In this document: piece by piece, positions 23,701 to 33,212 of the stretch
Numbering within the stretch: the first letter of the stretch is position 1
Layout: each line of letters begins with the position of its first letter
Assembly: GCA_000004985.1 (NCBI GenBank)
Contig: GG738921.1
Length of the DNA: 64,000 nt
From: Naegleria gruberi
Taxonomy: Eukaryota
Direction: 5' to 3' (one strand)
The notes under the pieces: generated by a model
Told to the model about the DNA's origin: nothing
The model's database searches: none
What the model saw: only the letters and a program-made list of their open reading frames with translations
Program-made: the position numbers and the translations under genes

Positions 23701-26700
23701 GGATTTAGAATTATTGCATTGTCCAATCCTCCAACATTCCCATTCCATGGAAATTCATTCTATGATGCTAGTGGTGATATTTTCTCTAATCACTATGTTA
23801 GTAATCCAAGAGGTGACAGTGAAATCAAATTGTTGCAAAGTTATGGACCAGATGTTCCATTGTTGATTATCAAAAAGTTGAGCGGTGCCTTTGATGATTT
23901 ACGATTGGCAGTCGAAGAGGGTGTCATTCAATATCCATACTCTACAAGAGAATTGGTTCATATCGTCAAACATTTACAAGCATTCCCTAACGAGGCAACT
24001 CTTCAAGATGCACTTGCTAATGTTTTCGATTTTGACTCATTTGATAGAGAAACTCTTGAATTCTTGGCCAAAGTTTTCCAAAAACATGAAATTCCAGTAT
24101 CATTCAACAATATTGGTGAGTAGTTTCAAAAGATTTTCAAAGTGCATCAACAATATTCCTTCTTCAGAACAATTTTCTATTAGGATGGCCCAAGAAGTTC
24201 CACTTGTAAAAACCAATGAAGGAAAAAACATTTGTTTTCTAAGTTCGAGTAAGTTTTCTTTTTTCTTTCCCATACTTAACCTGAGAAAGATCCAAAATTG
24301 ACCTCAAGTTGTGAAATTCAAAACGTACCATATTTTATTAGAAATTACACAAGTAATCAAATGTATTACGATGAACCAGATTCTGGAGCTTTTGCTACAA
24401 AAAATCCAGCAGACAAATTTACAAATTTGATGGAATTTAGTGAATTGAGATATATCATTAACTTGCCATGCAACAAGGCTAAAGAAATTGTTTCTTTGGA
24501 AGATTCTGTACATGTCTTTTCAACATCAAATCCATTTGGAATGATTCATTTTGAGAGTAATGCATGTGATTCATTCAAAGTGACCGAGTTGTACTATATT
24601 CAATCTAAATTGGGTCCAAACTTGAGTTTTGTTTCTCTTAAAAACATCAAGGTAGTTGCCTTATTTTCTGCTAAACTTGCTAGACCAGACAGGTTCAAAG
24701 TCGATACTCAATCCAATTTCATAGACACTGATGTGTATGCACTGATTTATCATCCAAAACTCAATAAGAAATTTGAATTGGACTTTTCATATAGTCAATT
24801 CGTTCAAAATTCTCTGCATAAGGATGTGAGAAGTTTACCGATTCAAATTCTAACAGAATTTACCGATAGCCATTCAATGGTTGGAATCTATCAAAGTGGA
24901 TCAAGAACAATTCAATTAATTGATATGAGCTCATGGGATCCTTCCGTTCCTATCAAAAGAGGTACACCTCCACATAATTCTAAGAGTATCCACTTGCCTT
25001 TTAACATAGACACCGTTAGATGGCTCTCACCAAATACATTCCTGGTTTTAGAGTATGGTGGTGTGAGTAATTATTGGAAAGTTGTGGAATTGAATGGAAA
25101 TTCTGTGGAAATTAAGGATGTAAGCGACATGTCAACAATATCTCTCAAGGAGTATCATGTAAACTCGAGCGGAAAGGAAAATCTCATTTTTGCTCAACCA
25201 TTTATCAAGGAGAATACTCCTCAAGAAGTATATTTGAGAAAGATTGCGAGAAAGGATGATTTACTCACTATTGAAACTGATTTATCTCTTCAAAAAGGAA
25301 ATCCAAAAATTGTCAATGTACAAACCAAGTATTTGAAGAAATCCAACCAATTGGTTCTCCTACATCACGATAACGATGGTCTTCCTACATTGGATGTATT
25401 GAATTTTGAAAGGAATACTTATCGTAGAGTAACTCCCCCTGAGAGAAAGTCCAAAGTTGCACCTTCTTTCGATTCTTCCAAGTCTCGATTTGTAGACCTT
25501 TCCAATGGATACATTGCACTCTTAGATGAGGAAAACAAACTCTTCTTATTCAATTTGAATGTGGACAAGTTAGCAGAGGAAGCTATCAGCTGGAAAAAGT
25601 TCCACACTTCTGGTACCTCTTCTGACTCTCTCAAAATCGAATATATTCAACAAGACAAGGAAGCTAGCTTCCCTAAACACGGAAAAATTGATGATTTGCC
25701 TCATGTTGGAGGTAATACTTTTGCGGGTGGCTCTGGAGGGTTTGATACTGCCGGCTTAGCAGGCGCTGGAGGTCCATACCGATTATACAAGGAGGGAAAT
25801 CCAATTGTTCAAGTTTCCGATGAAGTGAAGAATAATGTTAGTAAGGAAATTTTGGAAAGAGCCAGAGCCATGGCAGAACAAGCATACAAGAAGAGATTGC
25901 AAGAAATTGACATGACAGCGCATGAAATGAACTTGTACTCTCAATATAAGAATAATGTGAGCCAGCAAATTGATCAACTGAGAAAAACTCTTGCAGGATT
26001 AAAGTGGAGAGATGAAGAGGAGGAACGTGTTTGGATTAAAAATCAAACAACAGGTGAAATTGATGATAACAAGATTGTGGAAGGAATTGTTGGAGAAAAG
26101 AACATTTACAAGAGGAGAGCCAATGAAAATGAAAAGAGAAAATCAAATCTTCCTAAAAAGAAGAAGCTACTCCACTTTGTAATGGATGTTTCTGGTTCAA
26201 TGTATCGATTCAATCATCAAGATGAAAGATTGGACAAAATGTTGGAAATTGCTGTCATTATTATGGAAAGTTTTAAAGGATTTGAGGACAGATATGAATA
26301 CAAGATTACAGGGCACTCTGGACAAACAAGTTGTTTGGAATTGGTCAAAAGAGGAGCTCCACCAAAAGATGAAAAGGAACGTCTCAAGGTTCTTCTTAAA
26401 ATGCATGCTCACTCGCAATATTGTTGGAGTGGAGATACGACAGTGCGAGCAATTAGAGATGCTTCAAAGAATGAGGAAAATGATTTTGTTTTTGTCTTTT
26501 CAGATGCCAACTTATCAAGATATGGAATTTCACATCAAGATATTGCTGTTCATTTGAAGAAGAATACCTTTATCATTTTCATTGCATCCATGTTTAATGA
26601 AGCACAAGAACTCAAGCAAGGTCTTCCATCTTCCAATAGTTTCGTATGTTTGGATACACGAGAATTATCAACAACTTTCAAGAAGATCCTATCTCAAAAC

Positions 26701-26724
26701 ATTACCATGAGTAAAAATAAATAA
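20728..26724 (+). CDS. VWA8-like giant AAA+ ATPase with C-terminal von Willebrand A domain; exons 20728..24115, 24168..24248, 24290..26724; introns 24116..24167 (52 nt) and 24249..24289 (41 nt)
   Basis: Multiple dynein/MoxR-like AAA modules: Walker A LIGGKGSGKS and LIGYQGVGKNK, Walker B ILVLDEIDKA. After a G-rich linker comes a VWA domain with the MIDAS motif HFVMDVSGSMYRF. Total ~1967 aa, comparable to metazoan VWA8 (~1900 aa). Both introns are GTGAGT/GTAAGT..AG and keep the frame. Confidence 0.85.
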
Positions 26725-27049
26725 ATTATGAATCATATTAGTACAACCTTAAAAGTCCTTTCCACCATTGGCAATTCCAAATCGTGGAATGATGAGATAT
26801 ATGAAAGATTCATGGAACACAATGTTTTGCACGATCCAAAGAATAGGTTCCACCTCAATAGGATATGAATACATGCCACCATCACCTTCCTAACATATTC
26901 CTCATTATCAAAAACCAATTATCTAATAGAAATATTCCTTGCTCATCATTTTGAGACATTTTTTAAAATATATTAATTAAATAATTTCATTGTAGTAATA
27001 ATAAATTAGGAAATAAATATATTACACAATAAAACTACATTTGAGAATA

Positions 27050-28483
27050 TTAATCAGTTTTGGTCTTCTTTTTTGGTGGCTTGGCAGCCTTTTCATTATT
27101 GCTCACAACTTCCAGAGTGTGCACGAGAGCATTGCAAGCAGTTTCAGTAAGGATATTTCCCTCACTATCTTTGCAGCAAAATCTTGGAACAATAGAGACC
27201 AGCTTGGAAAAGAATGGACACTTGCCATCGTCTCTCTTCTCTTCCAAAATATTGACCAGTTCTTCAGCAAGTTCTTTCTTTGGGAGGTTTCCAGATTCTT
27301 CATCTAGCTCTGCATAAACATCTTTGAGTTCCTTTAAGAGCAATTTCTTGGCGAATTCAGTAAAGAGATCATCAATGCAATTGTTTCCAAATACATCATA
27401 TCTTTCAAAGGATGGAGTTGGAGCTGGTTCTTGAAGTGCCTTATAGAAACAAATGGTGCATAAATCATAGTCATCCTTCTCTGGATCGACATAACGATAA
27501 CCTCTAATTTTCTCTTTACAAGCATTGCAAGAATAGGTATCGAAATTCTCCTCTCCTATAGTTTGGAAAATGTGATCGTGTGGGTGATCGACATCTTTAC
27601 AAATTGGCAAATCAGAGCCCTTTTGTTTCATGACAATCTTTTCACAACAATAGCCACACAAATCATATTCTCCACAATCAAGACAATTGTATCTGATTCC
27701 AGTAATAGGTTCCTCACAAATGTCGCATGTGAATTCGGGCAAATCCTCTTGTTCTTCCTCTTCCTCTTCCTCAAATTCATCAATGGCTTTGACCCTTCCA
27801 ATAATTCTACGTTTGAAGAATGCATTGATCAACTCTCTTTCCACATAACCATAACTATGTCTGCACTGATTGACATTTTCAACTAGCTCATAAAATCTAT
27901 CCTTAGGAAAACAATCAATATGGAAGTTATCACTAGAATCCTTGTCCCAAATATAAGTCTCCCTATGCTCAATCTTGGCACCACACTCGGCACATTCAAC
28001 ACCCCAATATCCATTCTCACCTGGTGTGGAAAATGACAAATCTGTACAACCCAAATCTCTATAGTACATTCTGACAATTTTTATCATCTTTTGTTTCCAA
28101 CTAGTTTCATCTTTCACTAGGTTTAATCTAGCCTCCAAAACCTCTTTCGTCCACTTTTCCTTCTCCTTCATCACATTGAACAGCAAAGGTTCCCACAAGG
28201 CATCAGACAAGGCAAAATTTCTAAATAATTTACAAACTGGTTCGATGCTCTGAGCCAAATCGTACTCATCCAAGAAGGATAATACCCTCAGAAAGAGAGG
28301 TTTAAATCCAATACCATCCATGATCCATTCTGGTGATTTCTCTTGAAATAAGACTCTTGATTTCGAATTATTGTTGTTCGATTGTTCCGAAGTTGTTGAT
28401 TCTTGAGTGTTGTTGTTGATCGGTACGGGATCAGCGAACAAGCAGAGAAAATGATGTAATGGACGAACTTTGATGTCTTTCAT
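27050..28483 (-). CDS. F-box protein with tandem ZZ-type zinc fingers, single exon
   Basis: 477-aa ORF. F-box-like segment: FKPLFLRVLSFLDEYDLAQSIEPVCKLFRNF. Three Cys/His clusters of ZZ type: CAECGAKIEH...HIDCF, CDICEEPITGIRYNCLDCGEYDLCGYCC, CNACKEKIRGYRYVDPEKDDYDLCTICF. Acidic E-rich linker and basic C-terminus. Confidence 0.7.
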   Translation of the reverse strand: MKDIKVRPLHHFLCLFADPVPINNNTQESTTSEQSNNNNSKSRVLFQEKSPEWIMDGIGFKPLFLRVLSFLDEYDLAQSIEPVCKLFRNFALSDALWEPLLFNVMKEKEKWTKEVLEARLNLVKDETSWKQKMIKIVRMYYRDLGCTDLSFSTPGENGYWGVECAECGAKIEHRETYIWDKDSSDNFHIDCFPKDRFYELVENVNQCRHSYGYVERELINAFFKRRIIGRVKAIDEFEEEEEEEQEDLPEFTCDICEEPITGIRYNCLDCGEYDLCGYCCEKIVMKQKGSDLPICKDVDHPHDHIFQTIGEENFDTYSCNACKEKIRGYRYVDPEKDDYDLCTICFYKALQEPAPTPSFERYDVFGNNCIDDLFTEFAKKLLLKELKDVYAELDEESGNLPKKELAEELVNILEEKRDDGKCPFFSKLVSIVPRFCCKDSEGNILTETACNALVHTLEVVSNNEKAAKPPKKKTKTD

Positions 28484-28706
28484 TTTTTTTTATTAATTTT
28501 TTTTCAAAATCTGGAATTATTTATGGCGCCATACTTTACAATAACGCAAAATGTCTAAAAGAAAGAATTATGTTGCCGTAGCATGACTGTTGGCTTCATC
28601 TATAGAATTGATCATCAACTTAGTCTGATTCAGGGAGATTGGATCATTTTCATCATGTCTTGCTAATCGATTCGAGATATGGAGGAGCTTTTCATATTAT
28701 CAAGAA

Positions 28707-28779
28707 GCCGACATAGCTCAGTTGGGAGAGCGTAAGACTGAAGATCTTAAGGTCCCTGGTTCGATCCCTGGTGTCGGCA
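28707..28779 (+). tRNA. tRNA-Phe(GAA)
   Basis: GCCGACA TA GCTC AGTTGGGA GAGC G TAAGA CTGAAGA TCTTA AGGTC CCTGG TTCGATC CCTGG TGTCGGC A. Canonical Phe D-arm, anticodon GAA, perfect acceptor and anticodon stems. One T:T mismatch in the middle of the T-stem. Confidence 0.75.
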
Positions 28780-28836
28780 AATTTTAATTTTCCAATATTC
28801 CTTTCAAACATAAATCTGTCTTTTAGATTTTATTAA

Positions 28837-29662
28837 TAGAGTTCCGGCAAATGCGTATTTTGAAAATGCGCTTTTTTAAAATGCGCATTTTTGGTACTGG
28901 TTTTTTCTGGTAGATATTGAAAGTGGGTATTTGATTAAATTTAGTCAGTGTTTTTCGGTAAATATTGAATTTATTCACTCTTCAACAATTACATCAGAGT
29001 CAATATTGAACATGGATTTTTTTGGCATTACTATATACCTTTGGTTGAAGAAATACTGGTATTTCTATATTCATATCAATTTCCTTTACAGACTTGGTCT
29101 TGAAAGATCCTTTTTTACCTGGTGTTACCAATCCATATGATGCCAATCTATCTTCTTCATCCACACCATGAGAATCAGTTGGCTGAGTTGAAGTGGAATT
29201 TGGATTTTGTGATTGATTTTGTGTAGGATCTGCAGAACTCGAACCAATTTGTATCTAATGAACTGGAACCAAGTTACTATCTCCATGGTAAATATTATGG
29301 AACTAAAGACAACAATGGATCAAGTTTCCGAATTCATACCAGAAAAGGAGAAAGAGTTTGCAGCTTTGGCAGAAACAAAGAAACTACAAAAGAGCTTTTT
29401 CGAATCTCTCAAAAAACCCAAACAAACGGATCAATAATTATCGAAATTAGAAAGAAACTGTTGGGAATAAATTCAATGTTTATCAATTAATTTCGAAAAA
29501 TACCGATTAAACACCATGTGGTGGAACTGGTTTTGATGGGTTCAATAAATTTCGAAAAACGTCGATTGATGGCAATCACCAACACCCACCAAAAAAAACC
29601 GGTACTGAAAATGCGCATTTTTTGAAAATGCGCTTTTTAAATGCGCATTTGCCGGAACTCTA
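28837..29662. mobile_element. MITE-like non-autonomous DNA element (~826 bp) with ~70-bp terminal inverted repeats and no long ORF
   Basis: Left end: TAGAGTTCCGGCAAATGCGTATTTTGAAAATGCGCTTTTTTAAAATGCGCATTTTTGGTACTGG. Right end, as reverse complement: TAGAGTTCCGGCAAATGCGCATTTAAAAAGCGCATTTTCAAAAAATGCGCATTTTCAGTACCGG. Each TIR holds three AAATGCGC(A/T)TTTT subrepeats. Flanks are consistent with a 2-3 bp TSD (TA or AAT). It lies ~57 bp 3' of tRNA-Phe and ~70-110 bp 5' of the next gene start. Confidence 0.65.
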
Positions 29663-29734
29663 ATGTAAAGATAGTTTCAAATTTGCTACAATGAGCGTTT
29701 CAGCGATCACACATCAAAACACAATCCATTAAAC

Positions 29735-30538
29735 ATGCTCAAAACGGTACAACCACGGCTAAAAGAACGAAAAAAAATGTCGCTATTTACACTCCTGCTT
29801 GCCATTTGTTTATGTGGCTTGATTTATGCCATGCCACATGTCAATGCCACGGCTAGTCAATGCACCAGACCATTTAACACATACAGTTCAAGTGCCAAGA
29901 GAAGTACAGCTGCAGCAGTTGCTCTTTCTAAAACATTCGATTTTTCACAAGATATTTTAGCTGCACAAACAGCTGTCAACCAAGAATCTGATGTTTCGAC
30001 ATTGGCAGCTACAAGCTTATTTTCCTTCGGTAAGCTTTCTGCAAAAGCCAAACAAAATGTGAAAATGGCACCAAAACATTTCACTGGTAAAACTGGACCA
30101 TTATTCGCCAAGATTCAGAATCGTATAATGGAATTCACTGGATTGGACGAAACTGCATGTGTTGCATGTCGATTGAATTGTCTAGATGCCATTCCTACCT
30201 TTGGAACTATCTTTAGCGAATGTGAAAATCAATTCTATTATTATGGATGTCAAAAAGTAGCTCCATGTCATTCCATGTCAGATGGCAATGTCGTATTGGA
30301 AACTGCTGTTGGTATTTGTTTGGAAAGAAATAAGTGTAAATTGGTAGATTCATTGGTAGATTTGCAAAATACTAGAAGAAGAATTGGATTTGCTAGGAGA
30401 CGAATGGTTTCGCCAACAATAGACGAAATTAAGAAGGGAGTTGTTTCAAGAGTTGGACAATATATTGATAATTATAATAGAAAACCATTTTCTTTTGGTA
30501 AAAAGAGAGGTTTGTTTGGAGGTAGAGGTAGAAATTAA
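29735..30538 (+). CDS. Secreted cysteine-rich hypothetical protein (signal peptide; start may be the internal Met at ~29777)
   Basis: ORF MLKTVQPRLKERKKMSLFTLLLAICLCGLIYAMPHVNA, then a mature region with about 10 Cys and a basic G/R-rich C-terminus. No recognisable domain. Confidence 0.5.
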   Translation: MLKTVQPRLKERKKMSLFTLLLAICLCGLIYAMPHVNATASQCTRPFNTYSSSAKRSTAAAVALSKTFDFSQDILAAQTAVNQESDVSTLAATSLFSFGKLSAKAKQNVKMAPKHFTGKTGPLFAKIQNRIMEFTGLDETACVACRLNCLDAIPTFGTIFSECENQFYYYGCQKVAPCHSMSDGNVVLETAVGICLERNKCKLVDSLVDLQNTRRRIGFARRRMVSPTIDEIKKGVVSRVGQYIDNYNRKPFSFGKKRGLFGGRGRN

Positions 30539-30758
30539 ATCTTGTTGAGATTCTAATAAAGTTTAGTTTTTTCTTTCGTTTTATATAATAAACATTTTCC
30601 CGCCATTTATAACATACAGTAACAACAGTAAGTTCGAAGTTTAAAAAATAAGCAAAAATAAAAAATTGTTTTCTTAATCCAAAAAAAAAGCGTGGTCTAA
30701 AATATCATCACGAATATTAATTTTTTATTTTTCAATATTTTATACATATATTAGAGAG

Positions 30759-32306
30759 ATGAATTCCAGAATATTTGATTGTGCCCAGACGAATAATAGC
30801 GAGAGGATGGAAATTCTGCTCGGAACCGATGAAAAGAAGAGGAAAATTCTTGCCAATGGAAGAAATAAGAAGAATTTGACTCCGCTGCATATTGCTTGTG
30901 ATTGGAATGCTGCTCAGTGTGTAAGAGTCTTGTTGGAGGCTGGTGCTAATCGTGAGGCTGTTGATGATCATGGAAGAAATGCCTTCTCATTTGCAAAGAG
31001 AGGTGGATTTATTGAAATTATCAACATGTTGGAAACTTACTACCCGAATGGTAGTTTGATCAATGAAAAGATTGGAAATAAGGGTGGTGCTTCGTCTTCC
31101 TCTGCATCAGCATCATCATCATCAGATGTGAAGGAAAATAATGCAAAGATTAGTGATTTAACAATGAATATTGTGCAAGCATCATCAAATCCAATTAAGG
31201 AAAACAGTCAAGAGAAGGAGGTGAGATTTGAAGCTCCTCTTAAAAGAACTGCTTCTTATTTTTCAAAGAGTTCAAAGGTGCCAAAAATGGAAGATGATGA
31301 ATCTGTGAGCAGTGCTGGCTATTCACAATCAGATGATGAATTAGATAGTCCAATAGTCAGTTCTAGAATTCAATGGGTTTCGACTGAGAAACGTAAACAA
31401 AGACCAAAATCAAATCCAAACAAGATATCACCAATATCAAGAGTTAGACCAGTAACAAACCAAGTATCAAAGAATACAGGAAGCGAAACAAAGTCATGTG
31501 CAACAACATTTGATATTATCAAAACAAAACCAATCAGTAAGAAGGAAACTAAACTTGTCACTGAGAGTAAGGACTTTGATGAGAATGAAAAACAAGTTCT
31601 TCTCAATATGAAACGTCAATATTTCAAGATTAACTTACAAGGAGCCGAATATACTATTCATGCAAGACTATTACAAAATGATTCTGAAAAGAAAGTGATA
31701 TGTTGTCATGGATTTTCATACTGCCAGTCTGGTTATCAATGGATCAAGTTGGCTGCAGCTCTTCATCAACGTGGATGGGATGTCATATTATTGGATTTAC
31801 CAGGCTTTGGAAAGAGTTCTGGCGCTACTCATCAAACAAGAATTTGGAAAAATGATGGACCTGATATTGTGAAAACTATTTTGGAAGGTTTGTCTTTACC
31901 AAGGATATGTGTTATTGGAAGATGTGGAGGAGCTGCAACACTCATGAGAACATTTGTAAAATATCCTCATCTATTTCACAAACGATTTTTGACCCACAAC
32001 TCAGTCATTGGTGAATGGCCACTTCAATTCGACAATCTCCTCCAGAAAACCAAAACAAAACTCATGGTGACATGGTGTGCAGATCCTGATCACTCTAAAA
32101 TGTGTGTCGCCTACAAGCATTTGAACTTTTTGAGAAAGACCAATTTTGAAAATGTTAAATTCATGGATATAGACCTCAACTTTTTAGGTAGTGGAAATGG
32201 ATATGTTGAAGGGATAACTAGAACTAATTTTGTAAATTACAACATTCCAAGTCCAGAATATCTAAAGATGGCTATAACCCACTTGGAAGAAGCTTATGCA
32301 CCATAA
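30759..32306 (+). CDS. Ankyrin-repeat + alpha/beta-hydrolase fold fusion protein, single exon
   Basis: N-terminus has ANK repeats: NLTPLHIACDWNAAQCVRVLLEAGANREAVDDHGRNAFSFA. The middle is S/K-rich. The C-terminus has an alpha/beta hydrolase core: VICCHGFSYCQSGYQWIKLAAALHQRGWDVILLDLPGFGKSSG..RICVIGRCGGAA. Confidence 0.7.
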   Translation: MNSRIFDCAQTNNSERMEILLGTDEKKRKILANGRNKKNLTPLHIACDWNAAQCVRVLLEAGANREAVDDHGRNAFSFAKRGGFIEIINMLETYYPNGSLINEKIGNKGGASSSSASASSSSDVKENNAKISDLTMNIVQASSNPIKENSQEKEVRFEAPLKRTASYFSKSSKVPKMEDDESVSSAGYSQSDDELDSPIVSSRIQWVSTEKRKQRPKSNPNKISPISRVRPVTNQVSKNTGSETKSCATTFDIIKTKPISKKETKLVTESKDFDENEKQVLLNMKRQYFKINLQGAEYTIHARLLQNDSEKKVICCHGFSYCQSGYQWIKLAAALHQRGWDVILLDLPGFGKSSGATHQTRIWKNDGPDIVKTILEGLSLPRICVIGRCGGAATLMRTFVKYPHLFHKRFLTHNSVIGEWPLQFDNLLQKTKTKLMVTWCADPDHSKMCVAYKHLNFLRKTNFENVKFMDIDLNFLGSGNGYVEGITRTNFVNYNIPSPEYLKMAITHLEEAYAP

Positions 32307-32710
32307 GTGTTGAATCAACATTTCGAATTTGTTAATGATGACAGTTGGCATTTTGTTGGCTTGTTCATTCTCTTGAGAATCTAGTGTGATGGAATAGCTA
32401 GTCCCCCTTCCTGATATTGGATCCAAATTAGTTCATGTTTGCCACCTTCAATATTTTTACAAAGTTTACAAAAATTGTTAAAAATCAAATTCGAATTGTG
32501 CCAAACAAGCGCAACAACTCTTTCCAAATCTTTTTGTTTTTGGGCCTTTCGCCATGGCTGTTTTTTAATAATACTACATTCGTCATGGATTAGGGCACCT
32601 CGGACGAAACTAAATTGTCGTATCCGCTTAACCAGGTACTAAATTGCACTGATTTTTTGAATGTTTTCAAAGTAAAAACAAACGTCTAGATTGCCACTCA
32701 ACGATGAAAC

Positions 32711-33055
32711 ATGCAACAAGCAAACATTTCTCTACATAATCAAAGAAGAAAGCATACGAAACACATTCGAATATATCTTCTCCTCACAATTCTTGGAATT
32801 CTTTCTTTATTACTCGGATTGATAGAGATTGGCATTTCCATCGTGTTGGGTATTTGGAGTGCCGTGAAATGTCGTGATGATGATTGTGATGAAAACTTAA
32901 CAGCATGGATTATAATTCCATTATGTTTGACGGCTGCCATGTTTGCATGTGTTGGGTTTATTTTGATACCTGTTGGGATTTTGGGAATGTTAAAGTGGAG
33001 GAGAATGGAAATGATGAATGCAGTGATGGAAAGTCAGCATGTTGCGTCTGTTTAG
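32711..33055 (+). CDS. Small hypothetical membrane protein (2 TM helices)
   Basis: 114-aa ORF with two hydrophobic helices: LLLTILGILSLLLGLIEIGISIVLGIW and IIIPLCLTAAMFACVGFILIPVGILGML. Weak support. Confidence 0.3.
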   Translation: MQQANISLHNQRRKHTKHIRIYLLLTILGILSLLLGLIEIGISIVLGIWSAVKCRDDDCDENLTAWIIIPLCLTAAMFACVGFILIPVGILGMLKWRRMEMMNAVMESQHVASV

Positions 33056-33212
33056 TTTGGTTTCGAATGTTTTCTAATTTTTGAAAACTTGAGATTTTTT
33101 CCTATTGAGAAACAATGAAATAGTGCCAGAATTGGTCAATTTAGATTTTACTGGTTTTTAACCTTATAAATCTTTCCATTTGTGCATTATTTTCATGAGT
33201 TATGTTTCGTTT

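Noticed and set aside
21202-28077. Numerous 60-120-aa ORFs antisense to or overlapping long genes, e.g. 21202..21414, 22419..22604, 24304..24513, 26197..26418, 27041..27307, 27563..27886, 27883..28077, 47705..47938, 53137..53340, 57064..57294.
   Set aside because: Each lies inside a much longer, domain-supported ORF on the other strand or frame. Such ORFs are expected by chance in AT-rich coding antisense.
32560-32640. GC-richer segment GGGCACCTCGGACGAAACTAAATTGTCGTATCCGCTTAACCAGGTAC, considered as a possible tRNA or snRNA.
   Set aside because: Could not fold into a cloverleaf, and there are no A/B-box or Sm-site features. Left unannotated.
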